A DNA stretch of 64,000 bases from a virus: positions 1 to 64,000 of IMG/VR virus record IMGVR_UViG_3300015195_000006; one strand, written 5' to 3'. The position numbers and the translations under genes were made by a program. The notes beneath the pieces are model-generated. The model was not told the origin of the DNA. It was given only the letters and a program-made list of their open reading frames with translations, and ran no database searches. Positions 32,648 to 41,686 of the stretch are shown piece by piece; position 1 is the first letter of the stretch; every line of letters starts with the position of its first letter.

Positions 32648-33330
32648 AGGACATTGCCCTGGTGACAATGGCTCTGACGCCAGACAGATTGAAAATGGGA
32701 GAGGAGTTGACATTTCCGCGAATGAGAGTCTATGCCAAGAAATACGGCATGGACTTTATCATAATCAAGAAATGTAAACGAAGTCCAACTCTGGGAGACA
32801 TATTTGACTGGGAAAGAGCTGACTGGCTGTATGATCTTTTGTTTCAGTATCGGAGGCTGATCCACATGGACGACGATGTAATCGTCCGCCAAGACGCCGA
32901 AGATATCAGCGACCTTCCTTTCGGCACGTTCTACGGCTTTGACAACGCGCCCTTCAATCCCGCCGAAGTAAGACGGTGCTGGCACCAAGCTCAATCCACC
33001 TGGCACGAATTCCGAGACTTCCCGCCAATGCAACACCTCTACAACAACGGAATGTTCGTCGTGGATTCATCCCTGCAACTTTTATTCGCACCCACTGATG
33101 CTGAACCCTACAACGTCAATTCGGATCAAACGCGCGAGTCTCACTATAAAGGAATGGGAATTCTTAATGCGCGACTCCATGCCTTGGGATATTCGTCTTC
33201 GTATCGCCCTGATTTATTTGGTGTATCTTATCAGCATCCAAAACCGTCCCCAAGTTTCCTGCACGTCCTTTGGCAAGACGGATCGAAGCAAGAAGCAGTA
33301 AAACACTTCATCGAGGAAATGGACAAATGA
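32644..33330 (+). CDS. putative glycosyltransferase (nucleotide-diphospho-sugar transferase fold)
   Basis: IHMDDDVIV is a DxD motif. GTG 32644 is in GTGA overlap with the upstream stop. Confidence 0.5.
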   Translation: MKDIALVTMALTPDRLKMGEELTFPRMRVYAKKYGMDFIIIKKCKRSPTLGDIFDWERADWLYDLLFQYRRLIHMDDDVIVRQDAEDISDLPFGTFYGFDNAPFNPAEVRRCWHQAQSTWHEFRDFPPMQHLYNNGMFVVDSSLQLLFAPTDAEPYNVNSDQTRESHYKGMGILNARLHALGYSSSYRPDLFGVSYQHPKPSPSFLHVLWQDGSKQEAVKHFIEEMDK

Positions 33331-34232
33331 AACGGCTACTTCTAACCGGCGGCAACGGCTTCTTGGGAAAACACCTCGCCAAGCGACTCACCGACTACAA
33401 GGTCACCATCCCTGAATACGACCTGAGGAATTGGGAGAACTGCCAGCGCGTCACGCACAATCAGGACATTGTGATCCACCTCGCCGGACGAGTGGGCGGA
33501 ATTGGCTACAATCAAAAGAATCCTGGAACTCTCTTTTACGACAACGCCATTATGGGGATTCAACTGATAGAATCGGCTCGACTCAACGGCGTTTCAAAGT
33601 TTGTCACCGTAGGAACGGTCTGCGCCTATCCCAAACTCACAAACATCCCTTTCAAAGAAACCGACCTTTGGAACGGCTATCCCGAAGAAACCAACGCACC
33701 TTATGGTTTAGCAAAAAAGATGCTTTTGGTCCAAGGGCAAGCCTATCGGCAGCAGTACGGCTTCAACGCCATCTATCTCTTGCCGACCAATCTCTACGGA
33801 CCCGGCGACAACTTTGATCCATCCTCAAGCCACGTCATTCCTGCCATCATCCGCAAGATTCACGAAGCCCAAGTCGCAGGGCGCGACCAAGTTGAAGTGT
33901 GGGGAAGCGGGCTAGCCACGCGTGAATTCCTCTATGTCGAAGATGCCGCCGAAGGAATCTTGCTTGCCGCGGAAAACTACAACGAACCCAAACCGGTCAA
34001 CCTCGGCGGCTATAGTTTCATCTCGATCTCCGGACTTACAACGCTGATTGCAAAACTGATGCATTTCAACGGCGAAATCGTTTGGGATAAATCCCAACCC
34101 AACGGGCAACCGATGCGCACTCTAGATAAAACCAAAGCACTTGAATTTGGATTCAGAGCCAAAACCGAACTCAGCCAAGGACTTCAGGCAACGATCGAAT
34201 GGTATCATGCTCAACTTCTGCACCCTCTTTGA
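33327..34232 (+). CDS. fcl: GDP-L-fucose synthase (GDP-4-keto-6-deoxymannose epimerase/reductase)
   Basis: [13 protein letters not shown] Rossmann motif; [16 protein letters not shown]; catalytic YGLAKK; [22 protein letters not shown]; [16 protein letters not shown]. This is the characteristic Fcl/WcaG pattern. Confidence 0.85.
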   Translation: MKRLLLTGGNGFLGKHLAKRLTDYKVTIPEYDLRNWENCQRVTHNQDIVIHLAGRVGGIGYNQKNPGTLFYDNAIMGIQLIESARLNGVSKFVTVGTVCAYPKLTNIPFKETDLWNGYPEETNAPYGLAKKMLLVQGQAYRQQYGFNAIYLLPTNLYGPGDNFDPSSSHVIPAIIRKIHEAQVAGRDQVEVWGSGLATREFLYVEDAAEGILLAAENYNEPKPVNLGGYSFISISGLTTLIAKLMHFNGEIVWDKSQPNGQPMRTLDKTKALEFGFRAKTELSQGLQATIEWYHAQLLHPL

Positions 34233-35016
34233 TAAGGCGTACACGCCCAAGGGAATGGCTTTGCTGGCATCCATCAAACGCTGGATGCCGGATGCCAAGT
34301 GCTATGTGCTCTACCTTGGATCTGAATCGCCGCAGTTCGAGGAAGTGACCTTCCTACGAGATGTCATTACCGATGAACTCATTGAAGCCTCGGAAAACCG
34401 ATCCTACAAAGAATTCGTCTGGACACTCAGCGCTTGGTGGGTCTGGTATCTCTTGAAAACCCTAGACTCTGTCATTTACGTAGACGCCGACATGTTCTTT
34501 TTCAACCCGCTCGAACTACCTAAAACCGACATCGCCATCTGTCCGCATCGCTGGACTCCTCGGCACAAAGATAATTTGGTTGCCAATGGAATCTACAACG
34601 TTGGACTCATATCATTTCGCAATACACGAGCAAGCAAACGCTGTGCCAAGGATTGGAAAGACCAATGCCTTGAGTGGTGCTACGAAAAGCATGATGGTGA
34701 ACGATTCGGCGATCAGGGCTATCTCGATAACTGGGTCGAAACCTATGGGGCGTTTGTCATCAATCACTTGGGAATCGATCTCGCGCCCTGGAATCAGGAG
34801 CAATACCGCTACTGTCTGGAGAACGGACATTTATTCATTGACGATGGAAAGAACTGCGATCCGCTGGTGCTCTATCACTTTTCCGAGTTTGGCACTCTCC
34901 GACACGGCAAGCCCGTTTGGACCAACTACAAACTACACCCGATGGTCGCCAGTTACATCTACCCGACCTATCAAGCCGAGGTTGCAAAGTGGACGTTTGG
35001 CTCAAGCCTGAAGTAG
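34207..35016 (+). CDS. putative glycosyltransferase (GT8-like, DxD)
   Basis: [13 protein letters not shown] is a DxD motif. Start at ATG 34207 or 34255. Confidence 0.5.
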   Translation: MLNFCTLFDKAYTPKGMALLASIKRWMPDAKCYVLYLGSESPQFEEVTFLRDVITDELIEASENRSYKEFVWTLSAWWVWYLLKTLDSVIYVDADMFFFNPLELPKTDIAICPHRWTPRHKDNLVANGIYNVGLISFRNTRASKRCAKDWKDQCLEWCYEKHDGERFGDQGYLDNWVETYGAFVINHLGIDLAPWNQEQYRYCLENGHLFIDDGKNCDPLVLYHFSEFGTLRHGKPVWTNYKLHPMVASYIYPTYQAEVAKWTFGSSLK

Positions 35017-35579
35017 CCGAGGCACAAAGGCAACTCGTGCTCACCGAACTAAAGAATCCCAGCAAGACCCCAGCGCTCTCCTACTTTCTGCGAGTAATGG
35101 AGTCTTTGCCGAAAAAGGGCGGCACGTTTCTCGACGTGGGTTGCGGATGCGGTCACTACGGTTATCTCATCGATTTAAACTTCCCCCAATGGGACTACAT
35201 CGGCACCGACTATTCACCGGCTATGATCGAACGCGCCAAAAACATTGTGCCTCTGGAAACCTTTCGGGTCTGCGAATTCCTCGACAACAAATTCGAGCAG
35301 TATGACGCGGTGCTCATATCCCAAGTGATGGAACAAGCGCCCGACCCTTGGGACTGGCTCGATTATGCCGTTCAAAGAACACGCGGCTATTTGATCCTGC
35401 ACCGCCTCCGCCTCATCAAAGGATATTCTCGGCGGATCTCCGAACCCACTTATCTAGGACTTCCTTGCAAAAATTACGAGTGGAATTACAAACAGATGCT
35501 CAGACACCTCAGCCCGGACGCACTGGTGCTTCCGTGGCTCGATCAAAGACAATACACCATCGTACTGCCGCCAGTATGA
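34989..35579 (+). CDS. class I SAM-dependent methyltransferase
   Basis: GGTFLDVGCGCGHYG is SAM motif I. Start is uncertain (GTG 34989). Confidence 0.65.
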   Translation: MDVWLKPEVAEAQRQLVLTELKNPSKTPALSYFLRVMESLPKKGGTFLDVGCGCGHYGYLIDLNFPQWDYIGTDYSPAMIERAKNIVPLETFRVCEFLDNKFEQYDAVLISQVMEQAPDPWDWLDYAVQRTRGYLILHRLRLIKGYSRRISEPTYLGLPCKNYEWNYKQMLRHLSPDALVLPWLDQRQYTIVLPPV

Positions 35580-35626
35580 AAACTTGACCCACCCAGAAGC
35601 AGAAGCAGAAAAAGGAGCATACGGAA

Positions 35627-35884
35627 ATGTTGACACTTCGACACGTCGAAAAGAATGGGTACGAAAGCGTTCAGCAAGTGGCATCGGTATCACTCGAAAT
35701 GCCCGCTGAACACAATGAATATCACCCAACGCTAAATCGCCACAACGAAAACGGGCAAGTACTCGACGGTGGCTATGGCGATGGCAAGGTCTATGTAATG
35801 AACGAAAACGGCAAAACGGTTGCAGTCTACGATTTGGATGAATTGCAACTAGCCGCGAAAATCTCGAAAGAGAAGAAAAAGTAA
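35627..35884 (+). CDS. small conserved protein (85 aa), paralog of 50732..50953
   Basis: MLTLRHVEKNGYE...KVYVMNENGKTVAVYDL compared with VLTVRWLNNTGEF...DLFVMNEAGKTVADYHL. Confidence 0.55.
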   Translation: MLTLRHVEKNGYESVQQVASVSLEMPAEHNEYHPTLNRHNENGQVLDGGYGDGKVYVMNENGKTVAVYDLDELQLAAKISKEKKK

Positions 35885-35906
35885 TTGACCCTGGGTGGGT
35901 CAAGCC

Positions 35907-36656
35907 ATGAAAGTTCATCCACTCGACATCTCTTATCTCACGGAGCAGTTAGAACGCAAACAGCCCTTCTCGCTTGTGCGCTATGGCGACGGAGAGTTTT
36001 ACTCCATCCTCGGCGCATCAGGCGCAAACTGCGACGGCGCTGAATACAATCTGCCAAAACTCCGTGAATCGCTAGCACATACTCTCACCGAACCGAGAGA
36101 CTATCTCTACTGCATTGGTCCCAAAGTGATGAACCGCAAAAACGGCATCACGGAAAAGTCTGTCGAATGGATTGAGCAGAACGCACCTTCAATTCGCTGG
36201 CACACCTCCGAAACCATCCTTGAGGCATCGCTTGCTGGCAACCTAAAACCACTCACTCAGGCACTTGGAAAGGTGATGATCGTCGGACCGGTACATCTTC
36301 GTGGTCTTCCCATTCCTTTCAAAACTTTCGTCCAAGTCCCAACCATCAACGCATGGCTTCATTACGATATGATTCTCTACCTCATTCGCAGAGAACTCTA
36401 TCAAGTGGACACCATTCTTTTCTCGGCAGGGTTTGTGAGCAAGTGTGCGATATGGTCTCTCTTTCCGTCCGTAGGAGAAACCCACAATCTAATTGACATC
36501 GGGAGTTCCTTCGACAGTGCGGTGGGGGTTGACTCAAGGTCTTATTCTAGAAAACTAACACTGGAACAAAAGATTAGGCTTTCTGTTTTGAATTTCGGTA
36601 TCTCCGAAGAAACGGCACGCCAGTTATTGACAAGTGATAAGTCTGTATTAAAATAG
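35907..36656 (+). CDS. putative GT-D type glycosyltransferase (DUF1792-like)
   Basis: FSLVRYGDGEFYSILG matches the RxGDGE N-terminal motif of DUF1792/GT-D proteins. Confidence 0.5.
   Translation: MKVHPLDISYLTEQLERKQPFSLVRYGDGEFYSILGASGANCDGAEYNLPKLRESLAHTLTEPRDYLYCIGPKVMNRKNGITEKSVEWIEQNAPSIRWHTSETILEASLAGNLKPLTQALGKVMIVGPVHLRGLPIPFKTFVQVPTINAWLHYDMILYLIRRELYQVDTILFSAGFVSKCAIWSLFPSVGETHNLIDIGSSFDSAVGVDSRSYSRKLTLEQKIRLSVLNFGISEETARQLLTSDKSVLK
36627..36654 (+). promoter_or_regulatory. promoter placed for a leaderless GIY-YIG transcript
   Basis: TTGACA (36627-36632), 16 nt, TAAAAT (36649-36654), 6 nt, ATG 36661. Confidence 0.5.
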
Positions 36657-36660
36657 GATC

Positions 36661-37371
36661 ATGGGAAAATTCTACGTCTATGCACTCTCTTATCCTGACG
36701 GTACTGTTTTCTACGTTGGCAAGGGAAGCGATAAAACGCAGCGTCTTCGCAAACATGAGTTCAATGCAAGGCGTGGGCACAAATGTCATAGATGTAGTGT
36801 GATAAGGAAAATCTGGAGAGAGGGCGGGGCAGTTGGCTTTGAAAAGATATTTCAAACTGACAATGAAGATGTGGCTCTTTCAGAAGAAGTCCGCTTAATT
36901 GCTCACTATAGGTCTATTGGAGTTTGTCTAACAAACGAGACAAACGGTGGCGATGGCAAGTCCGGCTATATTGCATCGGCGGCAACCCGGTTAAAGCATA
37001 GATTGGCAATGCTAGGAAATAAGCATTCCCTTGGAAAACTTCTTTCCGAGGAACACAAAGCCGCCATTTCTGCTGCGTTACGCGACAAACCGAAGTCAGA
37101 AGAAGCTCGCAAAAGAATGAGCGACGCACAAAAGGGGAATAAGCACTGCCTCGGTCGGAAATGGACTCCTGAATTTCACGCAAAGTTTATTGCAAAAAGG
37201 AAGAATCATCCCGTGTCTAATAGCACTCGTGCCAAAATAAGTGCATCTCTAGCGGGTCATATCCCTTGGAATAAGGGATTAAAAACAGGGAAAGGTCTTA
37301 AACAGTCACCCGAAACAATCAAGAAAAGAACTGAAACCAGAAGGAAGAATCACCCAAACTGGTTCGATTAG
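36661..37371 (+). CDS. GIY-YIG homing endonuclease (copy 3) with NUMOD3-like repeats
   Basis: FYVYALSYPDGTVFYVGKGS...RLRKHEF, followed by repeated units of the xxHxxKISxxLxG type (EEHKAAISAAL, ARKRMSDAQKG, TRAKISASLAG). Confidence 0.8.
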   Translation: MGKFYVYALSYPDGTVFYVGKGSDKTQRLRKHEFNARRGHKCHRCSVIRKIWREGGAVGFEKIFQTDNEDVALSEEVRLIAHYRSIGVCLTNETNGGDGKSGYIASAATRLKHRLAMLGNKHSLGKLLSEEHKAAISAALRDKPKSEEARKRMSDAQKGNKHCLGRKWTPEFHAKFIAKRKNHPVSNSTRAKISASLAGHIPWNKGLKTGKGLKQSPETIKKRTETRRKNHPNWFD

Positions 37372-37409
37372 CCCTGAAAGCCCCTAACTTTTGAGTTTTA
37401 CGTTTCTAC

Positions 37410-37438
37410 TTGAAATCGCCTTACAAATTTGATATATT
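37410..37438 (+). promoter_or_regulatory. sigma70-type promoter
   Basis: TTGAAA (37410-37415), 17 nt, TATATT (37433-37438), 7 nt, ATG 37446. Confidence 0.45.
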
Positions 37439-37445
37439 AGGATTG

Positions 37446-37637
37446 ATGACGCCAATTCAAACGGACGCATTTCTGGCGATGCTTTGCGGGATGCGCGTTG
37501 CCTTGCTAGGCATCGTGGATTCGCTAGAAGTATTCCTGATTGCGAACGGCAAACTGAAAGAGCGCACCAGCGAGATACGGCGCGAATCAAAGGCACACTG
37601 TAGGAATTGCGAAGCAGCGAACGAAGTGATACAATAG
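37446..37637 (+). CDS. small ORF (63 aa), possibly leaderless
   Basis: The ATG lies 8 nt after the -10 hexamer. The track ORF's TTG start at 37410 coincides with the -35 hexamer. Confidence 0.35.
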   Translation: MTPIQTDAFLAMLCGMRVALLGIVDSLEVFLIANGKLKERTSEIRRESKAHCRNCEAANEVIQ

Positions 37638-37707
37638 TGGCAGTCGAGTAACCCGAAATAGGCAGTCCTCACGGAACGCCACTTTAATCGTAGCCGCCGC
37701 GCAAGCG

Positions 37708-37741
37708 AGCGCCACGAATGAAGTGGCGTTCTTTTTATTTT
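37708..37741 (+). terminator. intrinsic terminator
   Basis: AGCGCCAC-gaatgaa-GTGGCGTT followed by CTTTTTATTTT. The same 3' arm can also pair perfectly (11 bp) with GAACGCCACTT at 37674-37684. Confidence 0.6.
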
Positions 37742-37796
37742 ACCGAGGTGTCAAATTCCATATCCGGGGATCAGCGACCAAGCGACGATTGATAAG

Positions 37797-40700
37797 ATGG
37801 ATTCCTGTGTCAAGCAAGTAATGGCGCAAGGGAAGGACAAATCATCAGCGATCGCGATCTGCATGTCATCTATCGTCAAGCGCGACGGTCTCCCGCGTTA
37901 CATGGCATACATTGACAATGACTTTCCGAAGATCGCCTACAACGTCATTGACACGATCACCGGCGAGAAGCAATTCTTTACGTATGGCGTGGGGCATAAA
38001 CGATTCCAAACCCAGGAAGCCGCACAACACGCGGCAGACCAATTGAATGCTAAAGAGGCAAAGATAACCCAACGCGCCGATAGCGGCTTCTTCGTCGGGC
38101 TAAAAGTCCCATCGAATATTGCTCAAGATTACGAACTCGATGGAAACTCCGCAACCTGTCCTTATCAGCAAGAGGGCAGAAACGCCAACCCACAGGGATA
38201 CGAAGATTGGTGGGATGGATTCCTAGCCGCCAAGCATCACGCGGAGTGGCCCAATGTCGCAGGCGCGCAAGACCCATATCGCGAGACACGCCAAACCAAC
38301 TTCACTCGCATTCTCTTTCTGGTCAATCTCGAAAACGATGCCAACGACGACCCTGCTCTTATCGAGGAAGCTCGATCCGTCAAGACAATCCTTGAGACTC
38401 GCTTACCGACTGAACTTGTTTTCATCCGGACACCGCAAGATATCGAAGTCGCTTTAGCCAAGTTCGATCCAAGCGACACGTTCATTTACAACTGGGCTGA
38501 AAATCTACCGGGCTGGATTGAAGGCGGCGAAACCGCCACCTCGATTGTCGATGATGATTGGGCACACAGCGCCAGTGCCGCCGGGGTTCAGCGGCTCATC
38601 TTTGACCGAGCGCAGACCTACTTATTTTTACAGGAATGGGGTATTCCCATTCCCAAATTCTTGCTCATCTATGGGCTTGCGGACATTGGACAATGGGAAG
38701 ATTATCCCGCCTTTTTAGGACCGAACAACGTCCATGGCTCAGAATCTTTAGCCCTCGTCAATGATACCGAGGAAGCGCAGAAGCACATTGAGACACTGCA
38801 AACGAAACACCAACCGCCCTGGCTCTTTCGAGAGTATATTGGCGGAGAGCGACCTGCCCGTGAATTCTCGGTTGCCCTTCTCAGTGATGGAACGACGACA
38901 ACGGTTCTCCCGGTTGCTGAAACGAATTTTGAGGTCCTGCCGCACGATTACAAAACGGAACAGGATAAAGGCGTGGCAGGTCCGAGCGTTCAAGAACTCA
39001 ATACCTGTCCGGCGGTCTTAGACCCAGCCCTACAAGAGAAACTCACCGAGTGGTCACGCGAGATATTCCACAATGTGGGAATCAAGATTTATGGACGAGT
39101 GGACTGGCGACTTTACGAAGATGAATCAGACCCGATCTGCATCGACATCAATCCGGAACCGGAAACCTGTCACGACTCGCTCATGGAACAAATCGGACTT
39201 GCCGCGGGAATGTCGTTCGACCAACTCATTTTGAAGATTCTCGACAATGGAATTGCCTACGAAAAACGGCTTGAAGCCAGCGAGGAAAATATGCCACAAA
39301 GAGCGCAGATAATTGATGTCCGAGCGAAACCGCGTCAGATGAATCCACGTCCAATGAAACTCGTCGCGGCAAAGCAACGCGCTCTCTCCACCGGCGATGT
39401 ATTCCGCGCAAGTGGCTCAGCCGGGGGCGTGACTCTCGGAAAAGAGTATGCAATTATCTTTGTTGCTTCCAATATGGTAACCGTCCAACCAACGAGCGGA
39501 GGCGGCGGAACGATTGACTTGAGCGATTCAGAGTTTCAACAAGTGACGGGCGAAACGATAGCGAGAGCCAGTGAATACACCGTCAAGAAACAACCCGGCG
39601 GCAAATTTGTTGTGGTAGACAGCGCGGGCAAAGTTCACGGAGAGACATTTGACGACGAACTCACCGCGAAGAATAGTGCGGCATATCTAAACACCGCATT
39701 AGCAATGGGGCAAGAGATTCATCCAGGTCAGCGCGCCACTCTTCCCGTCAACAGTAAAAACCCCATCGCGCAACTCTTCAACTCCATCAAGCGAGCGTTT
39801 GAGCCCTACATCAAAGAGCAAGCCACCAACGGCGTGCCTGATTACGTCCCCACTGAATCAAAGGCAACGTGGATCCAAACCTACAACGATGCGATTGCCA
39901 AGTCTCGTACCCACGATGAGGCAGCGATGCTGGCAGATAAAGCCGCAGGGATTCAACGCGCAATGACCGCTCAGCGTCTTGTCTCTCAAATCCTCCAACG
40001 ATTCGATGAGATGAAGCGCGGTTACACCACAACTGGCACTTCTATTTTCTTCGACGACGGTAGCGAATATTCTGCCGCAGTCGAGAAACTTCAGGGACAA
40101 TTTTTATCGAACGACGCCAGCGTTCTCCAGATAAAATTCAAAGATGCGGAACAAATGCAGACCGCTATTGCTAGTCTCAGCGGTCAGCGCGACTCCGACA
40201 TCAAAGCGCCGATGAAGAACGGCGAGACCCTGCCGCAGATGCGCGCTCTCGACCCGCTTGACATCTACTTCGACAAAGGGCGCATGTTCGTCCTCGCTAC
40301 TGGCGACGGAAGGCTCTATCGCTTTGCGGTGAACGTCAAAAATGGAAACGTCAGTCTGTCAGAACGGACAGAGATTACCGAAGAACGCGCTACCCAATCC
40401 TTTCAAATCATCCGCGAGAACGGCAAAGTCCGTTGGCTTGCTATCGCTGCCTCAAGCGTCCTCAACCGTTCGGGCGAGATTGACTCCACGAAACTCTTTG
40501 ACTCATTTGTGGACTTTATCGATCGGTCCGGGATTTATCCCGTCCTCGACTTCTTCCACACCCGCGATGAAGTGAGACTCGGACAATCCGATTTCGTCGC
40601 TCGGGACGGCAATCTCTACATCTCGGCGGGCACGTTTGACGACACCGAGATCGCAAGAGCCGCGATTGAAACGCTCGAAAAGACACCCGACGACTGGGGC

Positions 40701-41678
40701 TTGTCCATCTCCTATCTAAAAACCCAGGAACCCGTGATGACACGGGTTGCTGATGGAATTGATATTCCCGTTTACACCGAAGGAATCAACGATTTTATCT
40801 CAGTCTTGCCAAAGACGCGCGCTTGCAATCTGTTCACCGTCATTGGCACACAAGGAGTTGAACGTATGAAGAAGGAAGTTTTCGACGCTTTGGTGTCATT
40901 GGTCGGACCTGAACGCGCCAAGACATTCTCAGCAAACGTCGACCAAACCAACCGCGTGATTGACGAGCAACGTCTTATCACACGCGCCGCGAAAGTCATT
41001 CGCCAGGGTGCGGCGTACGAGGAAGGCAAAGCGGCGGCGGTCGCTGATCCAAACTCGACCAATCCCTACCCCGCCGGTTCACCGGAAAACGCTGAATGGC
41101 AGAAGGGCTTCGATGAAGCGGCAAAGGGTGCTTCTGCACCCGCGGCGGATGCGCCTCCCGCTACTCAGCAACAGGCAGCGCCATCGCCCGATCCAACTCA
41201 AATGCAACCAGACTTGGGAGCCACCGGTACAGGTGCGGCTCAATTCTGTCCCCAGTGCGGACAACCCGTTCCGCCTGAAGCTACAGTTTGTCCCAACTGC
41301 GGCTATGACCTCACGCAACCGCAAGAGGTGCAAGTGGATCCGGCGTTGCAAGACCAAATCGTCGAACAGGCAGCTAGTCTCGCCGTTCGGCAGATTGGCA
41401 AACCGATCGCTGACCTTGCGAAAAGCGTGGAAGATCTGACCAAACTCGTCGCAGAATCCGTCAAGACACGGGCAACAGATGACGAGCGAATCAAGGCGCT
41501 TGAGAAAGATGAAGTAATCAAGCGACAAGAGTGGTCGGCTGACCTCCCAAAAGGGAAGCGTCCGCAAATCATCGTGCGCCCGCGAGCGGTTGAACGTGAA
41601 GCCGCGCCTCTCACGCCCGATGAGATTGCCAAAGCAACGATCGCGAAACTCAGCAATCAAACGAAACTGAATCCATAA
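37797..41678 (+). CDS. 1293-aa head polyprotein: ATP-grasp (D-Ala-D-Ala-ligase-like) domain, HK97-type prohead protease domain, zinc ribbon and scaffold-like coiled coil
   Basis: ATP-grasp, about nt 38300-39260: FREYIGGERPAREFSVALL and GRVDWRLYEDESDPICIDINPEPE...GMSFDQLILKIL. Protease, about nt 40400-40900: DFFHTRDEVRLGQSDFVARDGNLYISG..DDWGLSISYL. CPQCG...CPNCG at about 41245-41310. Helical C-terminus directly precedes the capsid gene. Confidence 0.75.
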   Translation: MDSCVKQVMAQGKDKSSAIAICMSSIVKRDGLPRYMAYIDNDFPKIAYNVIDTITGEKQFFTYGVGHKRFQTQEAAQHAADQLNAKEAKITQRADSGFFVGLKVPSNIAQDYELDGNSATCPYQQEGRNANPQGYEDWWDGFLAAKHHAEWPNVAGAQDPYRETRQTNFTRILFLVNLENDANDDPALIEEARSVKTILETRLPTELVFIRTPQDIEVALAKFDPSDTFIYNWAENLPGWIEGGETATSIVDDDWAHSASAAGVQRLIFDRAQTYLFLQEWGIPIPKFLLIYGLADIGQWEDYPAFLGPNNVHGSESLALVNDTEEAQKHIETLQTKHQPPWLFREYIGGERPAREFSVALLSDGTTTTVLPVAETNFEVLPHDYKTEQDKGVAGPSVQELNTCPAVLDPALQEKLTEWSREIFHNVGIKIYGRVDWRLYEDESDPICIDINPEPETCHDSLMEQIGLAAGMSFDQLILKILDNGIAYEKRLEASEENMPQRAQIIDVRAKPRQMNPRPMKLVAAKQRALSTGDVFRASGSAGGVTLGKEYAIIFVASNMVTVQPTSGGGGTIDLSDSEFQQVTGETIARASEYTVKKQPGGKFVVVDSAGKVHGETFDDELTAKNSAAYLNTALAMGQEIHPGQRATLPVNSKNPIAQLFNSIKRAFEPYIKEQATNGVPDYVPTESKATWIQTYNDAIAKSRTHDEAAMLADKAAGIQRAMTAQRLVSQILQRFDEMKRGYTTTGTSIFFDDGSEYSAAVEKLQGQFLSNDASVLQIKFKDAEQMQTAIASLSGQRDSDIKAPMKNGETLPQMRALDPLDIYFDKGRMFVLATGDGRLYRFAVNVKNGNVSLSERTEITEERATQSFQIIRENGKVRWLAIAASSVLNRSGEIDSTKLFDSFVDFIDRSGIYPVLDFFHTRDEVRLGQSDFVARDGNLYISAGTFDDTEIARAAIETLEKTPDDWGLSISYLKTQEPVMTRVADGIDIPVYTEGINDFISVLPKTRACNLFTVIGTQGVERMKKEVFDALVSLVGPERAKTFSANVDQTNRVIDEQRLITRAAKVIRQGAAYEEGKAAAVADPNSTNPYPAGSPENAEWQKGFDEAAKGASAPAADAPPATQQQAAPSPDPTQMQPDLGATGTGAAQFCPQCGQPVPPEATVCPNCGYDLTQPQEVQVDPALQDQIVEQAASLAVRQIGKPIADLAKSVEDLTKLVAESVKTRATDDERIKALEKDEVIKRQEWSADLPKGKRPQIIVRPRAVEREAAPLTPDEIAKATIAKLSNQTKLNP
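39742..39757. repeat. copy of 16-bp dyad motif
   Basis: TTCCCG TCAA CAGTAA. Encodes LPVNSK in the polyprotein. Confidence 0.85.
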
Positions 41679-41686
41679 GGAGCATT

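Noticed and set aside
41079-41660. 193-aa and 117-aa minus-strand ORFs inside the polyprotein 3' end; similar antisense ORFs at 42407..42940, 25052..25594, 35454..35918 and 32509..33036
   Set aside because: All are embedded antisense in plus-strand genes with clear motifs or synteny. They are Arg/Ser/Cys-rich and lack start signals, so they are typical shadow ORFs.
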